64,000 nt of DNA, taken from assembly GCA_963702095.1 (NCBI GenBank), contig OY969706.1, positions 1,280,001 through 1,344,000 on the forward strand, read 5' to 3'. Each line of letters opens with the position of its first letter. Positions within the stretch are counted from its first letter, which is position 1. The translations under genes were made by a program, and so were the position numbers. Below, in pieces: positions 1 to 10,736 of the stretch. Under the pieces are notes generated by a model. It saw only the letters and a program-made list of their open reading frames with translations. It did not search any database and was not told the DNA's origin. The DNA comes from Candidatus Bathyarchaeota archaeon (lineage in GTDB: Archaea; Thermoproteota; Bathyarchaeia; Bathyarchaeales; Bathycorpusculaceae).

Positions 1-791
1 TCATCATAGTTAGCGACGAATCCAACCCGCAGATATCCGCCACCATACAGGGCGCCCTCAAAGGCGTCTTTGGCGTAATGAGCACACAACTCGCAATACA
101 CAACGTGGCACCCCTCAACGCAACCAACTCACTCGCAGTGGTTCAGCCCTACAGCGTCCAAACCCAAGGCGTCATCAACGGCAACCCCAGCTACTTCGAC
201 TTCATCGCCCCAGGCATTATGGCTATGACAGTGATGATGAGCGTCATGACGGGCTTACCAGTTGCGATTTCACAGGAAAAAGAAATCGGCACCATGGACG
301 GCATGATGGTCGCACCCATCAACCGACTCTCAATACTGCTGGGCAAAACCCTGGCGCAGACAGCCCGAGGCTTAATCCAGGGTCTCATAATCTTGGCGTT
401 GGCAATCGGCATCTTCGGAGTCGTCGTGCAGGGCAGCATACTGCTCGTGTTTGCGTTGCTACTGCTGGGAGTGTTTAGCTTCGTGGGCTTGGGTATCGTA
501 ATCACGTCCTTCACTAAAGACCAAGAAACTGCACAGATGCTGATGATGACCTTGATGTTCCCAATGATGTTCCTTAGCGGAGTGTTTTTCCCCATACAGC
601 AGATGCCAGGGTTCATGCAGACAATCGCGCATTTCCTACCCTTAACCTACGCAGCTGATGCACTACGCAAAGTCATGGTACTGGGCGCAGGCGTTTCACA
701 GATCACCACCGAACTCATCGTACTCGTCGGCTTCGGAATCGTAATGATCGCAATTGCACTTCCAGTCTTTAGAAAGATGATGTCACGGTAG
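1..791 (+). CDS. ABC-2 type exporter permease (5' partial)
   Basis: Frame is open from the window start; YFDFIAPG, EKEIGT and PLTYAADALR motifs; multiple TM segments. Confidence 0.9.
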   Translation, partial: IIVSDESNPQISATIQGALKGVFGVMSTQLAIHNVAPLNATNSLAVVQPYSVQTQGVINGNPSYFDFIAPGIMAMTVMMSVMTGLPVAISQEKEIGTMDGMMVAPINRLSILLGKTLAQTARGLIQGLIILALAIGIFGVVVQGSILLVFALLLLGVFSFVGLGIVITSFTKDQETAQMLMMTLMFPMMFLSGVFFPIQQMPGFMQTIAHFLPLTYAADALRKVMVLGAGVSQITTELIVLVGFGIVMIAIALPVFRKMMSR

Positions 792-967
792 GAGCGCATG
801 AAGATGAGCACACTTTGCAGCAAATGCCCCTTCTTTCAACTCCCCCCACTTTTAAAGCGGAAAAACTCTCGCAAACGCTGCCGTATCGAACCCCAACGCC
901 AACTCCGCATCTACAAATGCAAAGACTTCCCAGAAAAACACAAACACTAAGCCTTTTTTCGCCTTTT

Positions 968-2388
968 TTAGTCGCTTCCAACAGGTAACTCCACGGTAAA
1001 TTTTGTTCCTTTTCCAACGCGACTATCGAAAGTTATTGTACCACCCTGTGCATCGATAACTCTTTTACAAACTGCCAAACCAAATCCTTGACCTCTGGAC
1101 TTGGTGGTAAACAACGGTGTAAAAATTTTAGGCTTGATATTGTCAGGTATGCCAATTCCTGTATCTTCAACAATTAGCTGAACTTTTCCCTCGATTGATT
1201 CTTTACCTGTTACCGTGAGAGTTCCACCCTCGGGCATAGCTTGAATAGCATTATTTATCAAGTTAATGAGTACACGTTTTAGCAATTGAGGGTCAAGTGT
1301 TGACAGTTAAATTATCCTCAACCGCTAAAGTATATTTGATATTTGCGGGCACTTCTATTACGTGCATGGCGTTTAAAATCAATTGTTTCGCATTGACAAG
1401 CTCTTTTTTCACATCAACTGGTTTAACAAATGTCTGCAAATCTGAAACTATCTTATCCATATAGCTTATTTGATCTGCTATTGATTGGATGCTTTCTTGA
1501 ATGTTTTCTTTGCTTTGTCTGTCTTGAAGGGTTTTTAGTTCCTCTTCTATCAAGTAAACGTCACTAACGATTGATTGCAAAGGATTGCGTAAATCATGTC
1601 CAACCATTCCAGCGGTTTCCCCAATGCCAGCCAACCGTTCCTGATCTCTAAGCTGCTTAGTAATCGTTTTCAGTTGTATTCTCATTGTATTTAGTGAATC
1701 TGAAAGTTCCTCTAATTCATCGTTTGTGCCTGTTTTAACTTCGTGGTCAAAATCCCCGGTGCCTATAGTTTTAAATCCTTTGTCTAATTCTGAAATTGCT
1801 TTTAGTGTATGCCTAAACATAATGTAAATAGCTTGCAATCAGGTAAAATGCAAAAGCAATTAACAAAGCGATAATTAGAAAGATATTCGACTCATTGATT
1901 GTGTTGGTTTGATAATGTAGGGTTTGTGACAATTGTGTTGAATCACTTGAGAAGTTTTGGAACGAATCGGATAGTTGGCTCCAAATGCTTTGGAATTCCG
2001 GATTTTCTCTTACAGTTGTGTTTCGCGGTGTTTCTTTAAGATAATTGACGGTTACATTAAACGTGCTATCCACTTTTTGAACGTCAGACCAAAGAGTGTT
2101 TGAAATTTGATTTCGGTTGCTGTCTGTAGAATTCAACTGTGAAATATAGCTGTGGAGGGCTGTAATATTTGATTGCCAATCAGATAATTGTGAGCTTTGC
2201 TGATATAGGAAATAAGAATCTGCAATATGATTAAGATCGCTAATTCCGTTTTCTATATTACTTGCGATGGCATGGTCATTGGCTAGTATTGTTGCTTGCT
2301 GTTCTGTGTAAAAAATTGATATACTGATTATACCTAGTATTATGATGAATGTAGTGATTGTTATAATCAACTGGTTCTTTATTTTCAC
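968..2388 (-). pseudogene. Membrane sensor histidine kinase (HAMP-HisKA-HATPase) split into 3 frames
   Basis: H-box GHDLRNPL, N-box NLINNAIQA and DTGIG/GQGFGL lie in ORFs 1813-2388, 1293-1838 and 968-1285. Removing one T near 1827 and one near 1296 restores a single ORF. Pseudogene or sequencing error; region is visibly AT-rich. Confidence 0.8.
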
Positions 2389-2541
2389 GATTGTCTGACT
2401 CTTAGTTGTTGAGAGTTCTTCTTAATTTCAGAGAGGCAGATGTTGCACTTTAACCTTTACGAAAATTAGGATGCGCTCATAACTAGCCGTATATACGCCT
2501 TAGCAGTAGATCAACATTTGTTTGTTGATGGAACTCTAAAT

Positions 2542-2614
2542 CTATGGGCATGGTTGTGGAGTTAATCCCCGCTGGTGCATGCATTGCATCCACACCGTGA
2601 CCGCTTTAACATAG
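2542..2614 (+). repeat. R1 repeat, 5' fragment
   Basis: GCATCCACACCGTGACCGCTTTAACATAG matches the R1 5' part; upstream GTGGAGTTAATCCCCGC resembles the flank of the copy at 19871-20049. Confidence 0.65.
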
Positions 2615-3126
2615 CCGCTTATTTTATAGCCAATAACCGCTTTGACTTGAAAGTTTACTTGAGCGCGATTTTGAAACTCTTGTTTTTCGGTTGATAAAAT
2701 ACATAGTGCATCCGAGGATCCTTGCTTGCCTTCGGATAGTTACTTCATCGGCACCGTTTGCCCTTCACATGTGCAGGCCGTTTCACCTCCAAAACTACTT
2801 GAGGATTACGCCACAACCAGCCAGCAACCAAACCCAATGTAGAACCAAAAAAGCATCACCCCCAATCCACAGGAAGAAGAAGTGTATAGGGCGTTCCCTC
2901 TTCATTTAACACTAGAAAAACAAAAAAGCCCAAAATTTTGATAGAATGCCAAGAGCAACAGCTTTAGAAGCGAATCAGGCTCAGCACAAAAAGGCTAAAA
3001 CGCCAAATAAGCCTTAATTTGCATTTCCGACAGGTAGGCTGCGGCATTTGCGTTTTAACGTATATATCTGCATGTTAGCAATGGTTAAAAGCCTAATACT
3101 ATATCGCATCTCAAGAGGATATTTAC

Positions 3127-3771
3127 ATGTCTGAACGTTTCGCTAAAAAATGGGAAGCAAAAAGAGAAGGCGACTCCTTTAGCACCGCCATAAAAGAAAC
3201 AATTGTGCCTCCGCCACCGCTAAAACCACAGCTTGATTTTGCAGTCAGAAAACTTGACTTGCAAATCAACAAACTCGACCAAGCAAACGAACGGTTTACA
3301 CAAAAAGACAAGGCTCTCTTCGCTAAACTCGTCGACGCCTACACCAAACACGACCAAGCCCACGCCAACATCTACGCCACTGAACTAGCTGAAATCCGCA
3401 AAATGGGCAAACTCGTCATGAACGCCCGATTAGCACTTGACCAAGTATCACTGAGAATCAAAACTGTCTCTGAACTCGGCGACGTATGCGCTATGTTGGG
3501 TCCATGCATCGGCGTGTTGCGCAGTGTAAGCACCGGTTTAGGCGGCGTACTGCCTGAAGCAGAAAATGAACTCGGCGACATCGGCAACATGCTAAGCGGA
3601 CTGATGTTCGAAGCAGGCACAAGCAGCGGCATGTCACTGAACTTTGAAAACGTCAACGAAGACGCAGCCAAAATTCTCTCCGAAGCAGCAACTGTTGCAG
3701 AGCAACGTGTCAGCGCAAACTTCCCCGATCTCCCACCGGGAATGTCTGGCACAGACAAAACAAAAGCCTAA
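3127..3771 (+). CDS. ESCRT-III / Snf7-family protein (CdvB-like paralog)
   Basis: Helical Snf7 core (ANIYATELAEIRKM, LDQVSLRIKTVSELGD) with C-terminal FPDLP, as in TACK CdvB-family proteins. Confidence 0.85.
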   Translation: MSERFAKKWEAKREGDSFSTAIKETIVPPPPLKPQLDFAVRKLDLQINKLDQANERFTQKDKALFAKLVDAYTKHDQAHANIYATELAEIRKMGKLVMNARLALDQVSLRIKTVSELGDVCAMLGPCIGVLRSVSTGLGGVLPEAENELGDIGNMLSGLMFEAGTSSGMSLNFENVNEDAAKILSEAATVAEQRVSANFPDLPPGMSGTDKTKA

Positions 3772-3803
3772 CCTTCCTTCCTTTCTTTCTTTTTTATTTT
3801 CTC
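3772..3803 (+). terminator. Pyrimidine/T-tract archaeal terminator
   Basis: Long T/C-rich tract directly after the stop codon. Confidence 0.5.
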
Positions 3804-3881
3804 TGTCCTGATGCGAAACTTTACTCGCCAGTTCTGCGTAACGGTTATATTTCCAGAATAATCCCTACCTTTGGGATCTCA

Positions 3882-4013
3882 ATGGATACGCCACGTCTTT
3901 GCCCTGAATGCTACGTCGAAATGGAACTCAAATGCGACAGCAAAGGTCGTCCCCTCTATCATCAATGCCCCAAATGCGGCATGCTTATCCTCTTCACACA
4001 CTCAGGACACTGA
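3882..4013 (+). CDS. Small CPxCG-type zinc-ribbon protein (43 aa, not in ORF track)
   Basis: MDTPRLCPECYVEMELKCDSKGRPLYHQCPKCGMLILFTHSGH; TTATAT box at 3845. Confidence 0.7.
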   Translation: MDTPRLCPECYVEMELKCDSKGRPLYHQCPKCGMLILFTHSGH

Positions 4014-4114
4014 ATCCTCAAACATCTTTTTTCTTTTCTCGCGAGAACAGCCTGTTCTAAAGGTTGGACTTATATCTCCAAGCGTCGAATATTCTCCTCT
4101 GAGGGGTTTATTGC

Positions 4115-4561
4115 TTGAACGGAAGCAACGAAACAGAGCTAGAATACGCGTTACGGGGCAAAGCTTGGAAAGTTTATTGGTTTCTACTAAAAAACGGTAA
4201 TCCCGTTGGTGTCCGCGAGGTTCAGCGTGCCCTCCACTTCAGTAGCCCCAGCATAGCCTTCCACCATCTTGAACAGCTCCGTGAGTTGGGGTTGGTGCAG
4301 AAACAGGAGGTGGGCGGCCACTACGTTTTGGTTGGAGAAATCAAAATTGGCGTGCTTAGGCATTATGTGAAGTTGGGCAAGCTATTGTTTCCACGGTATT
4401 TCTTCTACGCTTTGTTCTCGACGTTGTTCTACCTGTTCTATTTGGCGCTTATGGTTCACAGTTTCACACGTGACAACCTCTTTATCCTCTCGTTTGGCGC
4501 CATTGTTTGCGCGGTATTCTGGTATGAAGCCTACCGCATCTGGGGTATGAGGCCATTCTAA
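4115..4561 (+). CDS. Winged-HTH regulator with two C-terminal TM helices
   Basis: VGVREVQRALHFSSPSIAFHHLEQL HTH followed by hydrophobic segments. Confidence 0.75.
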   Translation: MNGSNETELEYALRGKAWKVYWFLLKNGNPVGVREVQRALHFSSPSIAFHHLEQLRELGLVQKQEVGGHYVLVGEIKIGVLRHYVKLGKLLFPRYFFYALFSTLFYLFYLALMVHSFTRDNLFILSFGAIVCAVFWYEAYRIWGMRPF

Positions 4562-4634
4562 ATGTTAGAACACCGTGTTCGCGGGCTTAGCATAAAATAA
4601 ACTCGCCCTATATGGTTGATTGGAGAAAAAGTGT

Positions 4635-6656
4635 ATGGTACAGAAAGAAGTCAAGCGGAAAACGAAGCAGTACGCCGTTGCAGCAGTGCTCAGTGCAATA
4701 GTGCTTGTTTCAATGGTTTACGTTTTCGGCGTTGCCCCAATCGTGTTTCCTTCTCAGGCGCCGTTTGCAGGGGCCATGAAAACTTTTTCTTCCACAATGG
4801 AAATCGTAAATTACCTCAATTCAAACTCAGGTAGCGGCACAGTTTTTGGCGGTGGACCCCTAGATAACAAGTTCTTCGGTGAACCAGCGCCCATGCCTGC
4901 ACCGGTTACTCAGGGCTCTAACACATTAGGCATCGGTAGTGACGGGTACACACCCCAATATGCTGGGGTTGGACCGGTCGAGTCTTTCTCAACCACTAAT
5001 GTTCAGGTTGAAGGCGTAGATGAAGCGGACACAGTGAAAACCGACGGTCACTACATTTACACCGCTTCTACCACACAGAACAGCAACTTCATGTATGAAG
5101 CTTTCTCGTCCTATCAAGTTAACGCCGTCTACATTTTAGATGCCACTCCAACTGACGCCAAAGTTGTTTCAAAGATTTCACTTGGCAACGAGACTGAACC
5201 CGCTGGGTTGTTTCTGAGTTCAGACGGTAACAAACTGGTGGTTTTAGCAAGCAAATACCAACTCTACGCTTTTGGCGCGGAACGTGGCGACGATATGACG
5301 CCCATGCTTCGAGCCTACTCAAGCAATGTCTATACCTACATCAACGTTTATGATGTTTCAGACAAAGCTGACCCTATTCTCACCCGTAACTTGACTGTCA
5401 GCGGCAGCTACTTTAACTCGCGCATGATCGGCAACGACGTCTACGCTGTGGTCAGTCAACCAGCGGTGGTTTACAATAATCTGGTAACTTTACCTGCAGT
5501 TTATGGGAGCCAAAATGCAGAGGCGGTGGCTTCTCCAAGCAGCATCTACTACGCTGACAGCAACGACACCAGCTTCACCTTCACAAGCTTCTACGGCATC
5601 GACGTAGCCGACGACTCAACCCAGTCCACGAACATGACAGTTATGATGGGTGGCGCAAGCACCATGTATGTTTCATCCAACAACATGTACATAACCTACC
5701 CAGACTACGACCAAAACTCAGGCAGTTACACAAAAATCTACCAAGTAGCCATCAACGGGTTACAGCTTAGCCTCCAAGCCGAAGGTAGCGTCCCCGGCAA
5801 CACCATAAACCAGTACGCAATGGATGAATACGACGGGTACTTCCGTATCGCCACTAACTGGTATGGCACCGACGGACAATTTAACAACGTTTACGTGTTA
5901 GACCCTGACCTCAACGTCACTGGCAAACTAGAAGGCTTAGCTCCCAACGAAAACCTCCACTCTGTTCGCTTCATGGGCGACAAATGCTACCTGGTCACCT
6001 TCCTACAAACCGATCCACTCTTCGTAGTTGACCTCAGCCAACCCAGTAGTCCCAAAGTGTTGGGTGAACTAAAAATCCCCGGTTACTCCGACTACCTCCA
6101 CCCCTACGACGAGACCCACCTCATCGGCGTAGGCAAAGACGCCGCAGACTCAGACAGAACCAACTTCGCCTGGTATCAGGGACTAAAGATTTCCCTCTTC
6201 GACGTAAGCAACGTAAACAATCCCGCCCAGTTAGCCAACTATAGCATTGGCGACAGAGGCACAGATTCACCCGTCCTCTCTGATCCCAAAGCGTTTCTCT
6301 TCGACAAATCCCAGAACCTGCTGGTTATTCCTGTTAGCTTGGCGTTGGTAAGTGAGGCGGATAAGCAGCAGTACGGCGCTTCAGCTTACGGGCAAACGGT
6401 TTGGCAGGGTGCGTACGTCTTTAGCATAAGCGTTGAGGGAGGCTTAACGCTCAGAGGCACCATAACCCATCTTGATCCGTCACTGTTGGGTAACAATGGC
6501 TATCTCCGCAACAGTTATGACTACTACGGCACCCAAAACGACTGGGTAACAAGGGCACTCTACATCGGCAACACACTCTACACAGTGTCCAACGCAGAAG
6601 TAAAACTCAACAACCTAAGCGACCTATCCACAGTCACCACGGTTACCCTAAACTAA
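4635..6656 (+). CDS. Secreted beta-propeller domain protein (Beta_propel family)
   Basis: STTNVQVEGVDEADTVKTDG, GELKIPGYSDYLHP and GLKISLFDVS motifs; N-terminal TM. Confidence 0.85.
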   Translation: MVQKEVKRKTKQYAVAAVLSAIVLVSMVYVFGVAPIVFPSQAPFAGAMKTFSSTMEIVNYLNSNSGSGTVFGGGPLDNKFFGEPAPMPAPVTQGSNTLGIGSDGYTPQYAGVGPVESFSTTNVQVEGVDEADTVKTDGHYIYTASTTQNSNFMYEAFSSYQVNAVYILDATPTDAKVVSKISLGNETEPAGLFLSSDGNKLVVLASKYQLYAFGAERGDDMTPMLRAYSSNVYTYINVYDVSDKADPILTRNLTVSGSYFNSRMIGNDVYAVVSQPAVVYNNLVTLPAVYGSQNAEAVASPSSIYYADSNDTSFTFTSFYGIDVADDSTQSTNMTVMMGGASTMYVSSNNMYITYPDYDQNSGSYTKIYQVAINGLQLSLQAEGSVPGNTINQYAMDEYDGYFRIATNWYGTDGQFNNVYVLDPDLNVTGKLEGLAPNENLHSVRFMGDKCYLVTFLQTDPLFVVDLSQPSSPKVLGELKIPGYSDYLHPYDETHLIGVGKDAADSDRTNFAWYQGLKISLFDVSNVNNPAQLANYSIGDRGTDSPVLSDPKAFLFDKSQNLLVIPVSLALVSEADKQQYGASAYGQTVWQGAYVFSISVEGGLTLRGTITHLDPSLLGNNGYLRNSYDYYGTQNDWVTRALYIGNTLYTVSNAEVKLNNLSDLSTVTTVTLN

Positions 6657-6782
6657 ACTTTCTCTTTTCTTTTGGAGAACCAGTTTTTCAACATTTTATG
6701 GCTGCTCTTTCCGCCAATAGGACCTACCCCTCTATAGTTTCTGCAATGAATTTCTAATATGATCCAAATATGATGGCTACTG

Positions 6783-7925
6783 TTAAGTGACGGTTTGGTT
6801 CCAAAAGTAAACTCGAGTGTAATTCGCCAGCAGGGCTGAGGCTTGGGGGCTGTCATAGAGTATGTTGTAGCCGGCGTTGTATTGGCTGGTTAGGGTTTGT
6901 GTGTCGTTGAAGATTTTAGGCGATAATGCGTCGGCTGGGAATATGCCCCATATGGTGTCGGTGGGGCTGCGGAAGCCAAACCCATAATCTGCGGGGACAA
7001 CGTAGGCAGCTTCGGCTGGATTTGAACCGAAACTGGCTGGGTTGCTATGCAGTGTGCTCCAGAACTGTTGCAACGCCAGAAAATGCTCCTCGGTTAAGGT
7101 GCCATAGCTTGTGGTGTTGGGGTAACTGAAAAGCACGACGTATTTGGCGCCTGCGCTATACGCCAGAGCCAAGTCACTGTAGAGTTCCGTCCCGTTTTCA
7201 AGGTAAGGAGCCTGATTGTACTTCCAAGTGACGACGACTCCGAAGTCTTTGCCAAAAGCGTCTGCGGCGCCGCGGCAGAGTGCGATGTGGCGTTGCCTAC
7301 TCTCATTGCCCACGAATTCCCCAAAGATAGTTGTGTAGTTTGACTTGTAATCGAACCAGTAGAGCCCATAGTCAGACGTCATTATTTTCGGTGAAAACTG
7401 GAGGTAATAAGCGGGGAAATAGGAGAGGTTGCCTACGAAGGCGTCTGCTACGGAAGCGTATGTTGGGTTGGGGAGGGCTGTGCTGTTAACCAGTTGATAG
7501 CGACTGTTGTCAAGTTGGTTTCCGCCGGGTTCGTCAAAGCGGTCAATGCCTATGAACTGCGTGCCGTAGCGGGTCTGCGCATCAAGCATCCACTGGCTAA
7601 TGTTGTAACTGTACCTGTCAAGCCCCGTGAAGAGCACAATAAAGTTGAGTTTGGCGTTGTATACGTAGTCGCATGCCTCTGTCAACGCGGATTCGTTTAA
7701 GGTTAAACCTGACGACCCCAAAACAAACAGGTTCGTATAGTCCTTGACTTTGTCTACCAGCGCCGCCACCAGCGACGGATCGTCTCCATACGCGAATTCG
7801 ACTCCCAAATAGAACTCGCGGCTCAAAGTTTGGTTGTCACTAAACCAGTTCCAAACCACAAAAAGCGACAAAACCACAACTACAATCAATCCGATGGCGG
7901 TGGCTACGGCGAGTTTACGATTCAA
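6783..7925 (-). CDS. Membrane-anchored extracellular hypothetical protein
   Basis: 380-aa ORF with N-terminal TM and many N-x-S/T sites. Confidence 0.75.
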   Translation of the reverse strand: MNRKLAVATAIGLIVVVVLSLFVVWNWFSDNQTLSREFYLGVEFAYGDDPSLVAALVDKVKDYTNLFVLGSSGLTLNESALTEACDYVYNAKLNFIVLFTGLDRYSYNISQWMLDAQTRYGTQFIGIDRFDEPGGNQLDNSRYQLVNSTALPNPTYASVADAFVGNLSYFPAYYLQFSPKIMTSDYGLYWFDYKSNYTTIFGEFVGNESRQRHIALCRGAADAFGKDFGVVVTWKYNQAPYLENGTELYSDLALAYSAGAKYVVLFSYPNTTSYGTLTEEHFLALQQFWSTLHSNPASFGSNPAEAAYVVPADYGFGFRSPTDTIWGIFPADALSPKIFNDTQTLTSQYNAGYNILYDSPQASALLANYTRVYFWNQTVT

Positions 7926-7984
7926 ATCAGCTCAACCAATCAAAATGTCCACGAAACACCTATTAAACGTTTGAACCAAAGCGT

Positions 7985-8428
7985 TTACCTGCCGAATAAC
8001 CCGACGAGTTTGCCCTCAGCGATAACGTGTCCTTCCATGGCTTTTTCAAGGTCGCTCTTGCTTGATTTCTCAGCTAAAGCAAGCTCTGTGTCCAAAGAGT
8101 AAACCTTAAAGTTGTAGTGATGCGGTTTACCCGGAGGAGGGCAGGGTCCAGTGTACCCAGTTTTGCCCTTACTGTTTAGTCCTTGAATGCCCGGTGCAGA
8201 GTCTTCTTCTATGGTTTTTTGGGTAGGCGCTATATTCCACATAATCCAGTGGTCAAAGGTTCCCTTTGCAGCATCTGGGTCCTCTAGGATCAAAACGAGG
8301 CTTTTTGCACCTTCAGGCATGCCCTCTATAGTTAGGGGCGGATTGATGCTCTGGTCGTCGCAACTGTATTTTTCGGGAATATGCTGGTTTGGTTCGAATG
8401 CTGGGCTGCTAACCTTTAATTCTTTCAT
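7985..8428 (-). CDS. YbhB/YbcL (PEBP) family protein
   Basis: DPDA..FDHW and YTGPCPP..HHY motifs. Confidence 0.9.
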   Translation of the reverse strand: MKELKVSSPAFEPNQHIPEKYSCDDQSINPPLTIEGMPEGAKSLVLILEDPDAAKGTFDHWIMWNIAPTQKTIEEDSAPGIQGLNSKGKTGYTGPCPPPGKPHHYNFKVYSLDTELALAEKSSKSDLEKAMEGHVIAEGKLVGLFGR

Positions 8429-8758
8429 AGAAATCCATTTTCCTTGTATGTTCTGTCGGATAAATAGTTGGCGAACATCACGTTTGCTACAACAAACAGT
8501 GGCTGACTTTAAAGAAGATCATCTAAGAATAGTTAGGGTGCAGTACCCACTCTGGCTTCAGTGCTCTGTCCCTTATGTACGTTCATTCGGTGCTGTCTTA
8601 GTTCTTCGGGGTTTGAAAATTCCATTTTGCATATTGGACACTTATAGGTTTCATACATGGGACACCGCGTCTCTTTGCCAAGCCAATGGCTGTAAAACGT
8701 TTAAATAAATTTGTGACTGTACCCATACAGCAAACGAAGGTTAAAGTAGGGCGCAGTT

Positions 8759-8947
8759 TTAGGTTTGCTCTTCAGTCCATTTCTCCACAATCAATTTGCC
8801 CTCGTTTGGGCTGAAATGCACCTTCACTGGCATCGAGCCGTTGCATTTCAGTGGAAACATGCTGTCGTCTACTACGCGCACTGGCAGATAGAGCAGGTAG
8901 CGTTCGTCTTTCCGTTTAAAGATTGTTCCCTTTCCCTCATTTCCCAT
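8759..8947 (-). CDS. Small AbrB-like/hypothetical protein
   Basis: 62 aa with a beta-strand pattern (YLLYLP..., KLIVEK). Confidence 0.55.
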   Translation of the reverse strand: MGNEGKGTIFKRKDERYLLYLPVRVVDDSMFPLKCNGSMPVKVHFSPNEGKLIVEKWTEEQT

Positions 8948-9038
8948 AATACCACGGACGTGTTAACGTTGACTGCCACAATGCTTTTTAAAGTTACTGT
9001 TAATCCACCGAAAAAAGGGTAGGCTGCGGCTGCTATGT

Positions 9039-10736
9039 TTATACTTCGGCTTTTCTTATGAGTTCTTTGGCGCTGTTTATGTTGATTCTGTAGAAGACTG
9101 CTGCGATGACAACTGAGATTACGCCGCTGATTACGATTGAGATTGCAAGGTTTAAGTCGCTGACCGTTCCGAGGTTGATGAAGCCTGACAGGACATAGCC
9201 TAAAGCGTATGGTGCAAGGGGTGCCAGCACAGCTAAGCCGGCGAGTAAGCAGACGACGAGGCTTATTAGTGCCCATTCTTGGCGGATCATTCTTGATCTG
9301 CGGCTAACGGTGAAATCTGCTCCTTTGAAACCAATCGACAACGATATGGGACCTACAGCCAACACTAGGAATAGTCCCTCGAGGAAAGCCAAAATGATCA
9401 CTCTTAGCGAGGGTTGATAGAATACTGTTCCCACGATTCCAGTTACGACTAGAATAAGTAATGATAACATTGTTAGGAAGAACAGTTTACTCTTCACCAA
9501 GTTCTTGGGCGAAATAGGTGAGGCATAAATTCTCCAGATAGCTTGCCCTTCTTCGCCTATTAGCATGTTTCCGATGCTCATCGCCATAATTGAGCAGGGA
9601 AACAGGAAAATCATCGCCATGAATATGAGGCTGACTTCAGTTGGTGCTCCACTGTTGCTGATGTTTAGGGAGTTCATTATAGGGACAATGACGAAGACTA
9701 TGGGCACGATGAATATGCTTATGAGTTCTCTTCGTCGGGTGAAGGCGCGGATGTCTTTGTTGATTAGGGCTGCTTCCACGGTTGAGAAGCCGATTTTCCC
9801 TAAAAACCCTGTTCTGGGTGCGTAGACGGTGCCGCTTGTTTGAACGGTGATTGCCGGTGGCTCATAGAGTCCAAAACGTGTATTCATTACTAGGGCAAGG
9901 TAGAACAAGCCCGCTATAAACAGTGCTGATAAAGCGACGAATAGGAGTCCCAGTAGTAGTGTGCCGCCGAGTAAGTAGGACAGCGTTATGCCTAGCCAGA
10001 CAAAGGGTACAAACCAAACAGTGCTCTGTACCTGCGCTAAACCCTGTATGAAAGCAGCGGTACCCTGGGTTAGGGATAGATAAACAATGTAGAATATGAG
10101 GAAAAAGATGAGTGTGCCGATGAATCGGACCCATACGGCTGCTTTGCCACTTGACTTATACACGGCTCCTGTGAAGCGCACTTGGAGAACGCGGATGATT
10201 TCTGTGGTGGAACTCGCCATAAAAGCGGCGCCAAACATCGCAAGAGAAGTCAGCAATGCAGCCACAATTAAACCGTTGAGAGCTGCGAAAACAAGCACGC
10301 CTGCTACAAAAGCTATTACCGTGGCAAGCGTGATTCCGAATAAGTTCGCCAGAATTGACGCTAAGGTGTGTTCCTGCCAAGTTATGGGAAGCCAATACAT
10401 GACTTGGGAGGTTGCTTTGACGCCTGCTAACTGTATCTGCTGCAGCATAGTGAGGACTATGCTTAGAATAAGTATCAAGGTTGGAAGCGAAACGAAGAAG
10501 CCAAGTGCGGCTTGAGACAGAGGCGGCAGAAGTGCACCGGCGTCGGAGCTTGCATAAATCGCGGCAACTACCAAATTAGCAATGTAGCCGCCGACTATGC
10601 CGATGATGGCTGCAACCCAGTAGGGCCAATAAGCTATGATGCCTCTTTCCCGGTACCTTGTAGTTTTTACGCCACGCAGCAGCCTGCCTGATTTGCGTTC
10701 GACACGTAGCAGGTAGAGGACGTTTTTCCAGTTCAT
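9039..10736 (-). CDS. ABC exporter large permease
   Basis: 565-aa polytopic membrane protein; start overlaps the ATPase stop. Confidence 0.8.
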   Translation of the reverse strand: MNWKNVLYLLRVERKSGRLLRGVKTTRYRERGIIAYWPYWVAAIIGIVGGYIANLVVAAIYASSDAGALLPPLSQAALGFFVSLPTLILILSIVLTMLQQIQLAGVKATSQVMYWLPITWQEHTLASILANLFGITLATVIAFVAGVLVFAALNGLIVAALLTSLAMFGAAFMASSTTEIIRVLQVRFTGAVYKSSGKAAVWVRFIGTLIFFLIFYIVYLSLTQGTAAFIQGLAQVQSTVWFVPFVWLGITLSYLLGGTLLLGLLFVALSALFIAGLFYLALVMNTRFGLYEPPAITVQTSGTVYAPRTGFLGKIGFSTVEAALINKDIRAFTRRRELISIFIVPIVFVIVPIMNSLNISNSGAPTEVSLIFMAMIFLFPCSIMAMSIGNMLIGEEGQAIWRIYASPISPKNLVKSKLFFLTMLSLLILVVTGIVGTVFYQPSLRVIILAFLEGLFLVLAVGPISLSIGFKGADFTVSRRSRMIRQEWALISLVVCLLAGLAVLAPLAPYALGYVLSGFINLGTVSDLNLAISIVISGVISVVIAAVFYRININSAKELIRKAEV

